A DNA stretch of 62,374 nucleotides, filler included, from Stramenopiles sp. TOSAG23-3 (GCA_900128585.1; 3 parts of 3 records of this genome joined end to end with filler, not necessarily neighbours in it); one strand, 5' to 3'. Numbered from the whole stretch's first letter, positions 1 through 11,076 are shown. The notes: generated by a model from the sequence alone, not told the origin. A program made the numbers and translations.

Positions 1-97
1 TTTATTCTTCTTCTTTCTTCTTCTTTCTTCTTCTTTCTTCTTCTTCTTTCTTCTTTCTTCTTCTTCTTTCTTCTTCTTTTTCTTCTTCTTCTTCTTC
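1..97. repeat. Interrupted (TTC)n microsatellite
   Basis: TTC units interrupted by TTTC, seen directly; may continue beyond the window edge. Confidence 0.95.
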
Positions 98-381
98 TAA
101 TAATTAATATTAGTTGGTCCGTCCGTATCCGAACTGTCCTCCATTCACTTCGTGCTGCGTGTATATAATAAGGTGTGTAGCTGTATCTAATATAGTAATA
201 TAATAAATATTTGAAGAAGAAGAAAGTTGAATCGCTATTATATGCTGTGATGATGCTAGAGGAGAATAATTATAAATTAATTTAAATAATAATAATAATA
301 CATTTTTTTATTGGACAAAACAAAAAAGGTCTCTCCTCAGCAGTGGACAGGTTCAGAAGAGAAACCTTCGCTCTCTATTTT

Positions 382-1971
382 TTAAACCTCAGGGTCCACA
401 TCGGTCTGCCATCCCTCATCCGACCTCAGATTCTCTGGTATACTCTTCGACAACTCAGAACCGTCGCTGACATGCTCCGTAAAAGGCTCTTCTTCGTCAA
501 AAAACCTCTCCTCCATTATCAGATCGTCGTCTTCGTCTTCCATTGCATCAAATGAGCGCGAGGTGGACTTTCGAATGGTCCCGGACCACAGGGTTCTTCG
601 TACATTCAGTACCTGTTTTTGGAAGAGGGTCTTTCTCGGACCAATGTTCTTATTCTTGATCCTCACCCCAAGCTCTCCCCCGATGATCGCCGTTATGATA
701 CCGGTCAGTCTGCCTTTCAAAGTCCCTGATGCTCTGCGAGCGCGACTCCTCTTCCAAAACGCTGATGCAGACGCGGAACCATCAAAAGCCACGGCATTCT
801 TGACACCGATGTATCCCCGGGCAACGTTGTTGATGTCCATCACGATCTTGGCGCCCAAGAAGACTTCCGCTTTCACGGTTGCGGCCGCGTTAACGGTTGG
901 GGAGATTGCAGTAAATGTTGGGGTAAACTTCCCAATTCGCTTGAACGCTTTGTTCACGTACTCCACCCCAGCAACGACATGAATCCTCCCATTGAGGCCG
1001 GCAGTGGCGGTCGCCTTGCCTTGAAACTGGGCGCTGTACCCTGCCGTGACCGGCGCGCTGAATTGAAGCTTGATGGGCACCACCCCGATTGAGAAGACGA
1101 TGGGCGGTGCCCTGAACGTGAAGAGAGTTTTGGTGGCCGACTTTCTCGTGCGCCTGGACGCAGTCGCTTTAAACTTTACCGTTGCTCTTAAGTCTCCTTC
1201 TGCAGTAAGTTTTACGTGCTTCAATTTCAACAGCTTGACGTGGAACCCAAAGGTCAGCGCCGGGGAAAAACGGACCTGGCATGTTTGGCATGTGACGCCG
1301 ACGGCGCCCCGCCCAGTTAACTTTTTGCCGTTGTAATTCTTTGAGAAGCCTGGGATATTCCAGGTTTTGTCTTTCACGCCCCAGTTTCCAATCAGTCGCC
1401 TGGAATGACGTCTGGAATTGGCGCTGAACTTTCTGTACTCCTCTGCAAACCCTGGCTGGAACTTTGCCGTCACTTTGGCGTGCACGAACACCTCCTCCCA
1501 GTCGGCAGGTCGAACTTTCAGGACAATCGTCTGGCTGTCAGCCGGCAGGTCTTTCTTCGTCTTGACGCTCAAAACCCTCGAGCAGACCCCAACGACATCT
1601 AGGGTGTTCATGTCGAGGCATCCCCCGGCAAGAATCTTGTTGTTGTCCGCGGCAAGCAACTTCTGGAACTCCACCATACCTTCGTGGGTGGCAAACTTGA
1701 CGACCATTTTTTCCTCGGAGCAGCTGGCGTGACGCACGCCGTACTCGGGCAAACGGAAGTGGACGACATCGTCGTGGTGCACAACGTCGTACTTAATGAT
1801 GCTTGGCGCTTCCCTGCCCTCGTGGTAGAAATGTTGCGTCTCATTAATGTGCTTCTTTCCGTACACGGGTATCCCAAACCCTTCGTTGGGGTGCACGTTC
1901 GCCTCTGCGGACGGCAGGGCAGCCGCCGCCACCCAAAGAGCGAACACAAGAAGCATGGTATACTTTGTCAT
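382..1971 (-). CDS. Secreted protein of unknown function (signal peptide, putative pro-region, basic beta-rich domain, acidic tail)
   Basis: 529-aa ATG ORF, GC-rich against AT-rich flanks; hydrophobic N-terminus ending AEA; RRHSRRL at 1393-1413; CxxC followed by long alternating beta-pattern K/R-rich sequence; D/E-rich C-terminus. Confidence 0.85.
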   Translation of the reverse strand: MTKYTMLLVFALWVAAAALPSAEANVHPNEGFGIPVYGKKHINETQHFYHEGREAPSIIKYDVVHHDDVVHFRLPEYGVRHASCSEEKMVVKFATHEGMVEFQKLLAADNNKILAGGCLDMNTLDVVGVCSRVLSVKTKKDLPADSQTIVLKVRPADWEEVFVHAKVTAKFQPGFAEEYRKFSANSRRHSRRLIGNWGVKDKTWNIPGFSKNYNGKKLTGRGAVGVTCQTCQVRFSPALTFGFHVKLLKLKHVKLTAEGDLRATVKFKATASRRTRKSATKTLFTFRAPPIVFSIGVVPIKLQFSAPVTAGYSAQFQGKATATAGLNGRIHVVAGVEYVNKAFKRIGKFTPTFTAISPTVNAAATVKAEVFLGAKIVMDINNVARGYIGVKNAVAFDGSASASAFWKRSRARRASGTLKGRLTGIITAIIGGELGVRIKNKNIGPRKTLFQKQVLNVRRTLWSGTIRKSTSRSFDAMEDEDDDLIMEERFFDEEEPFTEHVSDGSELSKSIPENLRSDEGWQTDVDPEV

Positions 1972-2626
1972 GCTGAATCGCAGTACCGAAACAAAATGCA
2001 GCGGTGAGTGTACAGTGACAACGCTTTTGAACGCGTGAATGGTTGGTCGTCAAGCCCTTTTCTCGATTATCAATCTCACCAATTGGTTTGCTGTTTCTTC
2101 CCCGAAACGTCGTGTTGTTCTTCACGATGAAATAATAATTATACCACCTTTCTTTCTTCAATCATATTTATAATTTATTATTATTACTATTGTATCTCCC
2201 TCCTTGTTTTGTTGTCACGAAGGTATTCTGAACTGTAGTATAATACATATACTGTATTAATAACATTGCTAAATAATTTTAATTAAAAAATGAACTGAAA
2301 TGATATAAATAAAAAAAAACATTATTCTTCTGTATGATATAGTCCATGCTATTTAGTAGTTTAATACTAATACTATCCTTATGTATTTAAAATCGAATAG
2401 TTGTAATAAAAGATCATCATCATCATTATATCATAGCTTTATTTATAAATCAAATCATCACGAAGTAGTCGGTGAAGCGATTTGGGTAGTGCTACGTAAA
2501 TAGAACAACACGTGTGTGGGGCGAGACGCGTGGAGTAATTTTTATTTTCCGAATGAATATGATAAAATTAATAACTTCACACCAGATTTTACATTCATCT
2601 ATCATCGGATAAAAACTCCAAAGAGA

Positions 2627-5380
2627 CTAAAGAACAAAATTAACAATGCTCATGCCCAACTTGCCGGTTTTTTTCTGAGTCTTGCCGGGCACTACGATCG
2701 TTTTCTTCGGGGTCTGACCGCGCAAGACCTTCTCGGCTTCTGCAGATTTCATCACCGCGGCTTCTAGCAAACCTCGATCTCGGCACGACTCTATGGGAAT
2801 CTCTAGTACTGCCCTTTTCTTACCCCCCACCTGGACTACGACGGTGCCGCTGTCCACTGACAGGGCGGAAGGGTCTACGTTGGGCCACGCAAAGGCGCTG
2901 CCAAGTTCACCATCCAGGCGGCGCAGAAGGGTTTCTGTCCTCTTTGGGGCAAACGGCATCAGCATGACCAACATCATTTTGACCCCCTCTAATCGTTCGC
3001 GGCTGACCTGGGACGACACCTTCGCTGCTTTTTCCACGTCTGTCGAACTGAGCATGTTCGAAAGTTTCATCAACTCTGCGATGGTAACATTGAACGCGTT
3101 CCCTGCCTCGAACCGGCTTGTCACGGACTGGATGGTGGAGTGCACCTCACGGCGTATGAATGAGGCCGTCTCGTGAACCTTGCCCCCGTCGTTCTCCCCC
3201 ATTTCCGCTCCGTTCGATTCAGAATGCACCTTGTCTACCAACTGCTCGATGCGCCCCAACCACCTGGCCTGTCCCGCAACGGCGCTCTCGTCCCATTCCA
3301 GGGCCTGCTCTGGCGGTGCGACAAACATGGACGCGAGCCGGGTCACGTCCGAACCGTACTGATTGACGACCGTCTCCGGGTCCACACCGTTGTGTTTCGA
3401 TTTTGACATTTTCTCCCACGCAACGACGGGCACGCTTGCCCCTCCGTGCTCTTCAGGGTCCCGCAGGGACGGCATTCCCTCGCTCTCGTTCTCATAGTCC
3501 AGTTCGCCCGGCAGCAGATACCGTCCAGTCTCCGGGCACTTGAACGTTTTCCCCAGCACCATCCCCTGGGTCAGCAATTTTTTGAACGGTTCAGGATTGG
3601 ACGCGTACCCCGTGTGCCACAAAAACCGTTGCAAAAATCGAGCGTACAACAAATGCATGACGGCGTGCTCGATGCCCCCGATGTACGTGTCCACCGGCAT
3701 CGTCTGCGCCTCGGACTCTTTAGAAAATGCTTCCGCTGTATTGGCCGGGTCACCGTACCGCAAAAAATACCACGAGGAGTCGACAAAAGTGTCGAGGGTG
3801 TCCGGGTCTCGGCTGCAGTTCGCTGCCCCGCACGAGGGACACGTCACATCGTTCCAGCCCGGGCTCTTCGACAGCGGTGTCTCCAGGGCCTGATCGTCCC
3901 GCGAAGGCTCCGCGGGCGAGTCTTCCCCAGCGATCAGAGCGCTGTCGCTTGGCAGCATCACCGGCAAGTCTTCCTCCGGAACCGGCACCGGGCCGCAGGC
4001 TTTGCAGTGAATGATGGGAATGGGCGTTCCCCAAAATCTCTGTCGCGACACTGGCCAGTCCCGCAGCCGAAACTTCTCCGTCAGCCGTCCCGCACCGTTC
4101 TCTTCCAACTCCGCGGCGATGTTAACGATTGCCTTATCGGAGCCCATGCCGGAGTAAGTGCCGCTGTTCAAGAGTTTCCCCTTCCCCGTATAGGCCTTGT
4201 CGTCGACGTCCGAAGGGTCGCCGAGGGGTTCGACGACCGCCTTTGAGTCGATCCCGTGAGACTCTGCAAACACGAAGTCCCGGTCATCGTGCGCCGGGAC
4301 CCCCATGACGGCACCGTCCCCGTACTCGTCAATGACGTAGTCTGCAACGTACACCGGGATGTCTTTGCCCGTCAACGGGTGGGTTGCGTAAACCCCCAGG
4401 AACTTTCCTTTTCCAGATCCATGGCCGTCACTCCCGTCCGCCCACCGGTCACTCTCGCACTCTTTCAGAAATTTCAAAATGTCCTCTTTCGACGAAGCTT
4501 CAGCTCTCTCGAGCGCAAACTCAACCAACGGGTGCCCCGTGGAAACGGCGAGGAACGTGACCCCGAAAATGGTGTCGAGGCGGGTCGTGAACACTTGCAA
4601 CGGCTCAGGCACCGAGTCAGCGTTGACATCGAACAGCACGCTTGCTCCGGACGATTTACCAATCCAGTTTCGCTGCATTTGGCGAACTTTCTCCGGCCAC
4701 CCGTCCATGGTGTCTAAACTGACCAAGAGCTCCTCCTGGTATTCGGTGGTCTTGAAAAACCATTGGACCAACCGCCGCTTCTCCGCAATCGCCCCAGACC
4801 TCCACGATTTCCCGTCGCTGTCGATCTGCTCGTTCGCAAGGACAGTCTTATCGACGGGGTCCCAGTTCACCTCCGACTCCTTCTGGTAGGCCATACCATT
4901 TTTATACATTTCCAGGAAAATCCACTGCGTCCACTTGTAGTAGTCCGGCGAACACGTCATGACGCCCCTGCCCTCGTTCGCTTCCTCTGCCCAATCGAAC
5001 TCCAGCCCAATCGCATCCATCTGTTTCCGCATCGAGTCTATGTTTGACATGGTCCACTTTGAAGGGGACACGCCACGTTCCATGGCCGCATTTTCGGCAG
5101 GCAAACCAAACGCGTCCCACCCCATAGGGTGAAGGACCTTTTGACCCTTCAAACGCCAGAAGCGAGCCAGGCAGTCGCTGATCGTGTACACGCGCACGTG
5201 GCCCATATGCAGCTTTCCGGACGGGTACGGAAACATGGGAAGTATGTACCTGGTCTTGTCCCGCTCCCTCCCCGTACCCATCGACTCTGAGGAAGCAAAC
5301 CAAGCCGTCCCAGAACGGGACACGACGCTACTGCGAGGTCGACCCCACAAACAACGGACTCGTGCAGATACACTCAGCAT
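2627..5380 (-). CDS. LARS2: Leucyl-tRNA synthetase, bacterial/organellar type (probably mitochondrial)
   Basis: MFPYPSGKLHMGH (HIGH), GWDAFGLPAENAA, FTTRLDT and GAVMGVPAHD editing-domain motifs, SRQRFWGTPIP, DTLDTFVDSSWY, KMSKSK; first ATG at 5380 followed by an R/S-rich presequence-like N-terminus. Confidence 0.97.
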   Translation of the reverse strand: MLSVSARVRCLWGRPRSSVVSRSGTAWFASSESMGTGRERDKTRYILPMFPYPSGKLHMGHVRVYTISDCLARFWRLKGQKVLHPMGWDAFGLPAENAAMERGVSPSKWTMSNIDSMRKQMDAIGLEFDWAEEANEGRGVMTCSPDYYKWTQWIFLEMYKNGMAYQKESEVNWDPVDKTVLANEQIDSDGKSWRSGAIAEKRRLVQWFFKTTEYQEELLVSLDTMDGWPEKVRQMQRNWIGKSSGASVLFDVNADSVPEPLQVFTTRLDTIFGVTFLAVSTGHPLVEFALERAEASSKEDILKFLKECESDRWADGSDGHGSGKGKFLGVYATHPLTGKDIPVYVADYVIDEYGDGAVMGVPAHDDRDFVFAESHGIDSKAVVEPLGDPSDVDDKAYTGKGKLLNSGTYSGMGSDKAIVNIAAELEENGAGRLTEKFRLRDWPVSRQRFWGTPIPIIHCKACGPVPVPEEDLPVMLPSDSALIAGEDSPAEPSRDDQALETPLSKSPGWNDVTCPSCGAANCSRDPDTLDTFVDSSWYFLRYGDPANTAEAFSKESEAQTMPVDTYIGGIEHAVMHLLYARFLQRFLWHTGYASNPEPFKKLLTQGMVLGKTFKCPETGRYLLPGELDYENESEGMPSLRDPEEHGGASVPVVAWEKMSKSKHNGVDPETVVNQYGSDVTRLASMFVAPPEQALEWDESAVAGQARWLGRIEQLVDKVHSESNGAEMGENDGGKVHETASFIRREVHSTIQSVTSRFEAGNAFNVTIAELMKLSNMLSSTDVEKAAKVSSQVSRERLEGVKMMLVMLMPFAPKRTETLLRRLDGELGSAFAWPNVDPSALSVDSGTVVVQVGGKKRAVLEIPIESCRDRGLLEAAVMKSAEAEKVLRGQTPKKTIVVPGKTQKKTGKLGMSIVNFVL

Positions 5381-5760
5381 GTTCCAAGTTGCACAGGGTG
5401 CACAAAACGAAAAACGAAACAAGAACTACCCTCCACAGTAACCAAAAACACGCTGCACTCAGTAAATCAACCACAACTCTTTTATTTGTGAATAAAATAA
5501 ACAAACGGCGAGATGTTGCTCAGTCGTTCAAAATCTATGTATATAAGTTCTTATTGATAATTTACCAAATGTTGTAAAGTATAAAAAAGAAACCTCTAAT
5601 GACGAAGTTGAATGAATCGATGTGCGGCCACCATCATGGTTTTATAAATATTTTTGGAGAATCCTCTTCTTCTCCGTCGGTCCTCTTTTTTTCTCTGAAG
5701 AAGAATTGACATTAGAAGGAACACAGCAAAGGTAATGTAAAAAGTGACATATTGCGAAGG

Positions 5761-6191
5761 TCAAGTATCTTTGGCGCGGAATTGAAAAACGGCAACTGAC
5801 TTTGTGTTAACTATTTCAAACGAAGAGATCTTTATGAAAAAAGGATCATTTTTATAAATTTAAACCGCCAAAAGTGCTTTTTAATATACAAAAATATGCC
5901 CATACAGTTTGTTGCTCAAACGCCAACAAATGAATACGTGTTTGTTCGAGCGGGGTTTGGTCCAAATCGTCCATTTCACAAAAAATTGTCCCTAGGAACC
6001 GAATTTCCAAGTCATTAGAGGCCAAACAATTTATAAACGTTCGTTCAGGGGCGAACGTCGTGGGCGGAACGATTGCCTGATCTAAACTTATGCAATTAGG
6101 CGTCCCTCTTGCTTTAATTTGTCATTTTCTGGTAAGACGCTTCCATACTTTGAAAATCGAGTTGGATTTTTTTTCGCGCCAAGGACACTGA
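5761..6191. mobile_element. Possible degenerate MITE-like element with short imperfect terminal inverted repeats
   Basis: Left end tcaagtatctttggcgcggaa versus reverse complement of right end tcagtgtccttggcgcgaaa; no clear TSD and no second copy in the window. Confidence 0.3.
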
Positions 6192-6453
6192 CAACTTTAT
6201 AGAACAGGTGTATACCATGGCATTTTACTTAAAGAAAAACAACGACGGTCGTGTTGTTTGTTTTGCTCACAGCTTCGGTATTTTCGATGTTGCACGTCTG
6301 AAAAATAGTATTTTACTATTATACATGACATTTTTTGTACACTGTGTATTAAATTTACTTGATTATATATTGTAATATATATACGATGATCTTTCCCCAT
6401 GCACCCTTCCAGTTTCCCGGACGACGCGACCCGCTCATCCGAACTTGCTACCC

Positions 6454-7230
6454 CTACTGGTCTGCCACCGTTTGGCGATGAAGCTGGTTCACAACACTCC
6501 CATTGAGGAACAGCAGCTTCCCACACGGCAAAAGCGCTTTCACGATGGACACAATGTCTTCGACGGAGTCATCAAAAATACTGAGGTTTTCAGCAACGCG
6601 TGGGTTGTTGAAATGCTTGCTTAGGACGGCGACAAACATGGATATCCAAGTGGACGCCATGACCAGATTCTCCTGGGGGTCACAGACCAGCGTGTATCCG
6701 CAGCCCAAAATCTGCCTCCAGACTAGAATTTTCGCGGACGCGCACAGCGGACCACGGGGCAACCTCGTAATGCCTTCCTCCGCACCCCCTCTAAAATTAC
6801 TCGAACTGTTCGAGTCTAGCTTCTTCGCACTCGCACCGCTCCCTCCATCCTTGGCCCCGCCAGGACTGCTCGCCCCGTCAGGATTTCGCAAAGACAGGAC
6901 TCGCAAGATGGAGGGCAGCTGGAAAGCGCCACTATTGCTCGTAGACGGCGACGAGATCATCATACCGCCAATATCGCCAATCCCTTCCGTGAAAGAGGAT
7001 ATGCCAGACGTCGACTTGGAGGAAGCCGGGGTCCCCGCCAACGTTTCTAACTCTTTGAAACCGTCGGAGTGTCTGCTTGCCATCCGAAACTGAAACTCTC
7101 TATTAACAACCGCTACAAAGTGTGCCGACCTCTCCTGCATCAGACGGTCGTTGCCTTCCGGGGTAAAGAATTGGGAGTACAAAGGCCTTGCATTCTTATC
7201 GCACGTGTGTATCAAAAAAGCATATACCAT
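6454..7230 (-). CDS. AP5S1: AP-5 adaptor complex subunit sigma-1
   Basis: Starts MVYAFLIHT...LYSQFF, like AP5S1 N-termini (MVHAFLIHT); C-terminal VWRQ..GCGYTLVCDPQENLVMA and LLPCGKLLFLN; ATG at 7230. Confidence 0.88.
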   Translation of the reverse strand: MVYAFLIHTCDKNARPLYSQFFTPEGNDRLMQERSAHFVAVVNREFQFRMASRHSDGFKELETLAGTPASSKSTSGISSFTEGIGDIGGMMISSPSTSNSGAFQLPSILRVLSLRNPDGASSPGGAKDGGSGASAKKLDSNSSSNFRGGAEEGITRLPRGPLCASAKILVWRQILGCGYTLVCDPQENLVMASTWISMFVAVLSKHFNNPRVAENLSIFDDSVEDIVSIVKALLPCGKLLFLNGSVVNQLHRQTVADQ

Positions 7231-7500
7231 TGGAAAACGGCACACTATATATATTATACCAAGACAGCAACTCAACTCCGTCCCATGAAGAATTGAAAAA
7301 ACAAAACAAACAAACGTTAAGGTGGAGTACAAACGATAAGAAGGAATACAACAATAACAGTTCGTTCGTCAGTTTCTATCCTGTGCTAGACTTTCTTATT
7401 CTTCCGGTAGATACAATATTTACACTAAAAACCGATACATGCAGGTGTGGATGGATGGTATTACCAAAAGGTATAATCTAACAAAAAATTACAAAATAAT

Positions 7501-7608
7501 AAAGAAAGAAGAAGAAAAGAAGATATTATTGAAGAAGAAGAAGAAAGAAGAAAAAAAGAAAGAAGAAAGAAAGAAAGAAAGAAAGAAGAAATGAAGAAAA
7601 AGAGAAGA
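7501..7608. repeat. Purine tract (GAA/GAAA repeats) in a divergent intergenic region
   Basis: Seen directly; an opposite-strand (TTC)n tract follows at about 7779-7803. Confidence 0.85.
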
Positions 7609-8106
7609 ATGTTGTTTTTATGCGGCGGCTGTGTTAATTCTAATGCTGTGTATATGTTAGTCTAATTAGAAAATAATATTAAAATATTTTTTAGAAGACG
7701 AATTGCTATTATTTTAACATCACACAGCATCAACAAAAAACAAAAAATTGTTTCTCTTCTCTCCCGATTAAATCTCAATTCTTCTTCTTCTTCTTCTTCT
7801 TCTCTCTGGACGCCTCCTCCCCTCCTCCTTGCCTGCCTTTTTTTGTTTGTTTTTTTGTACCAAAATTTCTAATTAAATATTACCAACACGAAGGATGATG
7901 TTTATACAAAGACGTTTGAGAATAATGCTTATTAATCCATGAAAATATACACTCAACATGAGCATGAATACACCGTAATCCGTAACATTCTTAGGGTGAC
8001 GATAACCGTCACGGTTTTTCATCGTTATTTTTTACCAAGTGGACGAACGGAGTTTCTTGTGCCTCGTGCCTGCTCTGTTAGTTCTTCGCAAGTTTCAAAG
8101 CATAGC

Positions 8107-8364
8107 ATGGCGGGGAAAGGTGAATTGAAAAGGGCTCTTTTGAGGGTCATTCCGACAGGGTTTGTAGTCGGTGCTGCGATCGAGCTGTTCATGATCAAAG
8201 TGAACATTGGCAATGTAAATTTTTATGATACTGCAAAGCGAAAGGAGATGGAGAGGCGCATCGAGCTGCAACAAAGAGGGCAGACCGAGGAATCACACTA
8301 CCCGGACCTGTGGGCAGATAGGAAAGTAGGCGAGCGCCTGCCGCCCCGGAGCAAAAAGGAGTAA
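8107..8364 (+). CDS. SMIM4: Small mitochondrial membrane protein, SMIM4/UQCC5 (UPF0640) family
   Basis: RVIPTGFVVGAAIELFMIKVNIGNVNFYDTAKRKEMERR parallels the SMIM4 core RFLPFFFVLGGTMEWIMIKVRVGQETFYDVYRRK; start taken at the internal ATG 8107. Confidence 0.8.
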   Translation: MAGKGELKRALLRVIPTGFVVGAAIELFMIKVNIGNVNFYDTAKRKEMERRIELQQRGQTEESHYPDLWADRKVGERLPPRSKKE

Positions 8365-8489
8365 AAATTCTTAGCGCCATGCCGAGCCTCATTTTTGAAC
8401 TTCCATTGTGGATAAGCGGCGGGATGCTAAGTTACAAGGTATCGTGGTACACAGCTGTTTTACTTTTTAATATATTAGAGAGTTATTGT

Positions 8490-8605
8490 TCATTGGAATA
8501 TAACTCCTCAGTGATTGACAACCAACGAAACAAAATTAAAAAACCAATTTAGGATCAGGGTTGGAACCGAAATCGTAATTGGTATAAAATGAGAGTCTTA
8601 AAGCA
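8490..8605 (+). repeat. Dispersed repeat (family R1), also at 37168-37237 (+) and 48536-48617 (-)
   Basis: Shares tcattggaatata..tcctcagtgattgacaaccaacgaaac with 37168 and ggttggaac.gaaatcgtaattg.tataaaat..agtcttaaagca with 48536. Confidence 0.85.
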
Positions 8606-8738
8606 TTTTTTTAGAGAGTTAATGAAATTATCGCAAGATTTCCAGAAGAAGAAGCTTTAAGATTTCTGACTCTTTCCTTCCCTAACGACCGCCCACCGCG
8701 TTCTGCTTTCTTCTCCCCACCCTTCTACTTTACTAATC

Positions 8739-9848
8739 TTAGTGGCGGACCTTGAACGCATTCAAGACATGGATTTCTGTGGCCACCTCTTCAACTTTGG
8801 ACCTCCACCTATCCTTGCAACTGTCGACGAACTGCTGCAGTCCATGCTCTATTGATCGCGCCCTGGACCGTAGGGGCGTGCTTGAGCGCTCCGTGGCCAA
8901 AAATGGATGCAGCAGGCACTCTTCCGCGGACAACCTTTCGACAGGGTTTACTTTCAGCAACTTGTCAATAAGGTCTTTCGCCTCTGGCGAAATAAATTTC
9001 CACTCTTCGTCGTCAAAGGAGTACTCCCCTTGTTGGGCCCGCTGAATGATCACATCGTCCGACGAGCCTACCTCCGGGTCAAAGGGGTGGTAGGCGCACA
9101 GCATGACGTACAAAATCACGCCGAAACTAAACATATCTGCTTTATAATCGTACTTTCGCCTTCGGGTAACCTCCGGCGCCGTATAGGCCCAGGTCCCACA
9201 GACCGTCCGGGCTTGCCGTTTCTCGTCCAAAATACGCCCAAGTCCGAAATCTGCGATTCGAAGAGAGCTCTCTGGGTCGTTCTTGGTCTTAAGCATAATA
9301 TTTTCAGGCTTCAAGTCGCGATGAATGATGTTTTTCGCGTGCAAAAATTGCAACGCAGAGCAGACGTTCCGCATGTGCTTCCGGGCGGACTCCTCCGAGT
9401 ACGCCCCGTTCTCAATGAGCCGGTCGAACAACTCCCCACCCTCGCACAGTTCCATAACAATGTGCAGCTCGTTGGATACCAAGTAGACGTCATGAATGGC
9501 CGTGATTGCCGGGTGGGCCCCAACCTTTTCCAGTATTTCAATCTCCTTCCTCAGGGTTGCTTTCTGCTTGTTGGATTCCCGGACCTTGATAATCTTTACG
9601 GCGACTTTCTCCGACGTGCTCTGAATGACCGCTGCGCGGACCTTTGCGAAGTGGCCTTTTCCCAAGGTCTTCCCAAGTATGTATTTCTGACTTATATCGC
9701 GCTGCGAGCTGGGAGCTTGGTCGAGCCTCCCGCTAAGACTCTTTGACATTTGCTCTCTAGAGAGCTCGCTCGTCGCACCACCACCGACAAGCTTCGGCCC
9801 TTCCGCACCAGCGGCTTTTTTCTTTTTTCTGGAAAACTTATTCCCCAT
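8739..9848 (-). CDS. CAMK-group Ser/Thr protein kinase with N-myristoylation/polybasic N-terminus
   Basis: LGKGHFAKV, VAVK, MELCEGGELFD, HRDLKPEN, ADFG, CGTWAYTAPE, ISPEAKDLIDKLL; starts MGNKFSRKKKK at ATG 9848. Confidence 0.95.
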   Translation of the reverse strand: MGNKFSRKKKKAAGAEGPKLVGGGATSELSREQMSKSLSGRLDQAPSSQRDISQKYILGKTLGKGHFAKVRAAVIQSTSEKVAVKIIKVRESNKQKATLRKEIEILEKVGAHPAITAIHDVYLVSNELHIVMELCEGGELFDRLIENGAYSEESARKHMRNVCSALQFLHAKNIIHRDLKPENIMLKTKNDPESSLRIADFGLGRILDEKRQARTVCGTWAYTAPEVTRRRKYDYKADMFSFGVILYVMLCAYHPFDPEVGSSDDVIIQRAQQGEYSFDDEEWKFISPEAKDLIDKLLKVNPVERLSAEECLLHPFLATERSSTPLRSRARSIEHGLQQFVDSCKDRWRSKVEEVATEIHVLNAFKVRH

Positions 9849-10180
9849 ATTGGTGTCCTCGATATAGCGCTCGTCGAAAACAAAAACGAACAAAACGAAT
9901 AACGCGATCAAACAACAATCTTTTTCTTTGCAGGCGACCAGTGAAACGGTGTTAATTGAACCAATGATTTTATAATAATTTCTATTCAATGGACATCATT
10001 TGTCTTTTTCCTTTCTTCTTGCAAAATTTCATTTGAGTATTAATATTATACTACTTGAAAGTGGTTGTTTTTTTTTATATAATAAAAAATAAAAAAAAAA
10101 AAAAAAAGGAAGAAGGAGGAAGAAAAAAAAAAAATCTTCTGTCGTCGTCTGTGTTAATAAAAATAAAATCAATCATCAGC

Positions 10181-10395
10181 CTTCTTCTTCTTCTTCTTCT
10201 TCTTCTTCTTTCTTCTTTCTTCTTCTTTCTTCTTCTTTCTTCTTCTTTCTTCTTCTTTCTCTTTCTTCTTCTTTCTTCTTTCTTCTTCTTTCTTCTTCTT
10301 CTTCTTTCTTCTTTCTTCTTCTTCTTCTTCTTCTTCTTTCTTCTTTCTTCTTTCTTCTTTCTTCTTCTTCTTCTTCTTTCTTCTTCTTCTTCTTC
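10181..10395. repeat. Long interrupted (TTC)n microsatellite
   Basis: About 215 bp pyrimidine-only top strand, TTC with TTTC interruptions. Confidence 0.97.
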
Positions 10396-10582
10396 ATCAT
10401 TCATTTTTTTATTAAAAAAAATAAAAATATTTTGAAGTATTAGTCCCTGCTCTGTGTGTTTATTTTTACAATAATACATGTAATAGCATAATAACACTTC
10501 CCCGAAAAGGATCTAATCTATAATTAAATTTAGGGTATGAAGTTTCTTTTGACTTTTTTTTTTATGAGAGAAAGGAGAGAAA

Positions 10583-10607
10583 GGGGGGGGGGGGGGGGGG
10601 GGGGGGG
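10583..10607 (+). repeat. G25 homopolymer
   Basis: 25 consecutive G inside a purine-rich stretch. Confidence 0.95.
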
Positions 10608-11076
10608 AAGGATGAAAAAAAGTCTGTATTAATATATTAATATACTTTACTTTACTATTAAACTATTTAATAAGTAGGACTAATAAGTACAGGTAGATCA
10701 CAATAATAGTCTAGCTAGAACAGACTAGACTAGTTGTCTATTATAATTAGAGAAGATGGGGCCTGTGTTGTCTGTCCTGCTTGCTCATTTGATAAATTAT
10801 TTAGTAGTATGGAATACAATGGGAAGAAATTAAAAATAAATGACATTATATAACGAAGGACAAGGGGGACAGGACGGAGGAGGAACAGCACGAAGGTGGA
10901 ATGCTTTTGGAAAGTTCCATCGTAGTACTTATGGAATGAACGCATATGGGAGTCTTTTATGTAAAAGTGCACGACGTGCCGTCCACGTATGGAATACAAA
11001 TTAGAGGCCAAGCAAAATCACAATCTGTTGTAAATTGTACACTTCAAACTGTAACAACAATTGGAATCAGGTCAGG

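Noticed and set aside
2793-5441. Numerous 60-280 aa ORFs antisense to or overlapping LeuRS, and likewise for the kinase, 11783-13537 and CENPJ genes
   Set aside because: Shadow ORFs expected in GC-rich coding DNA; no motifs
10055-10497. K/E/R-rich and F/L/S-rich ORFs (also 27175-27517)
   Set aside because: Translations of GAA/TTC microsatellites, which contain no stop codons
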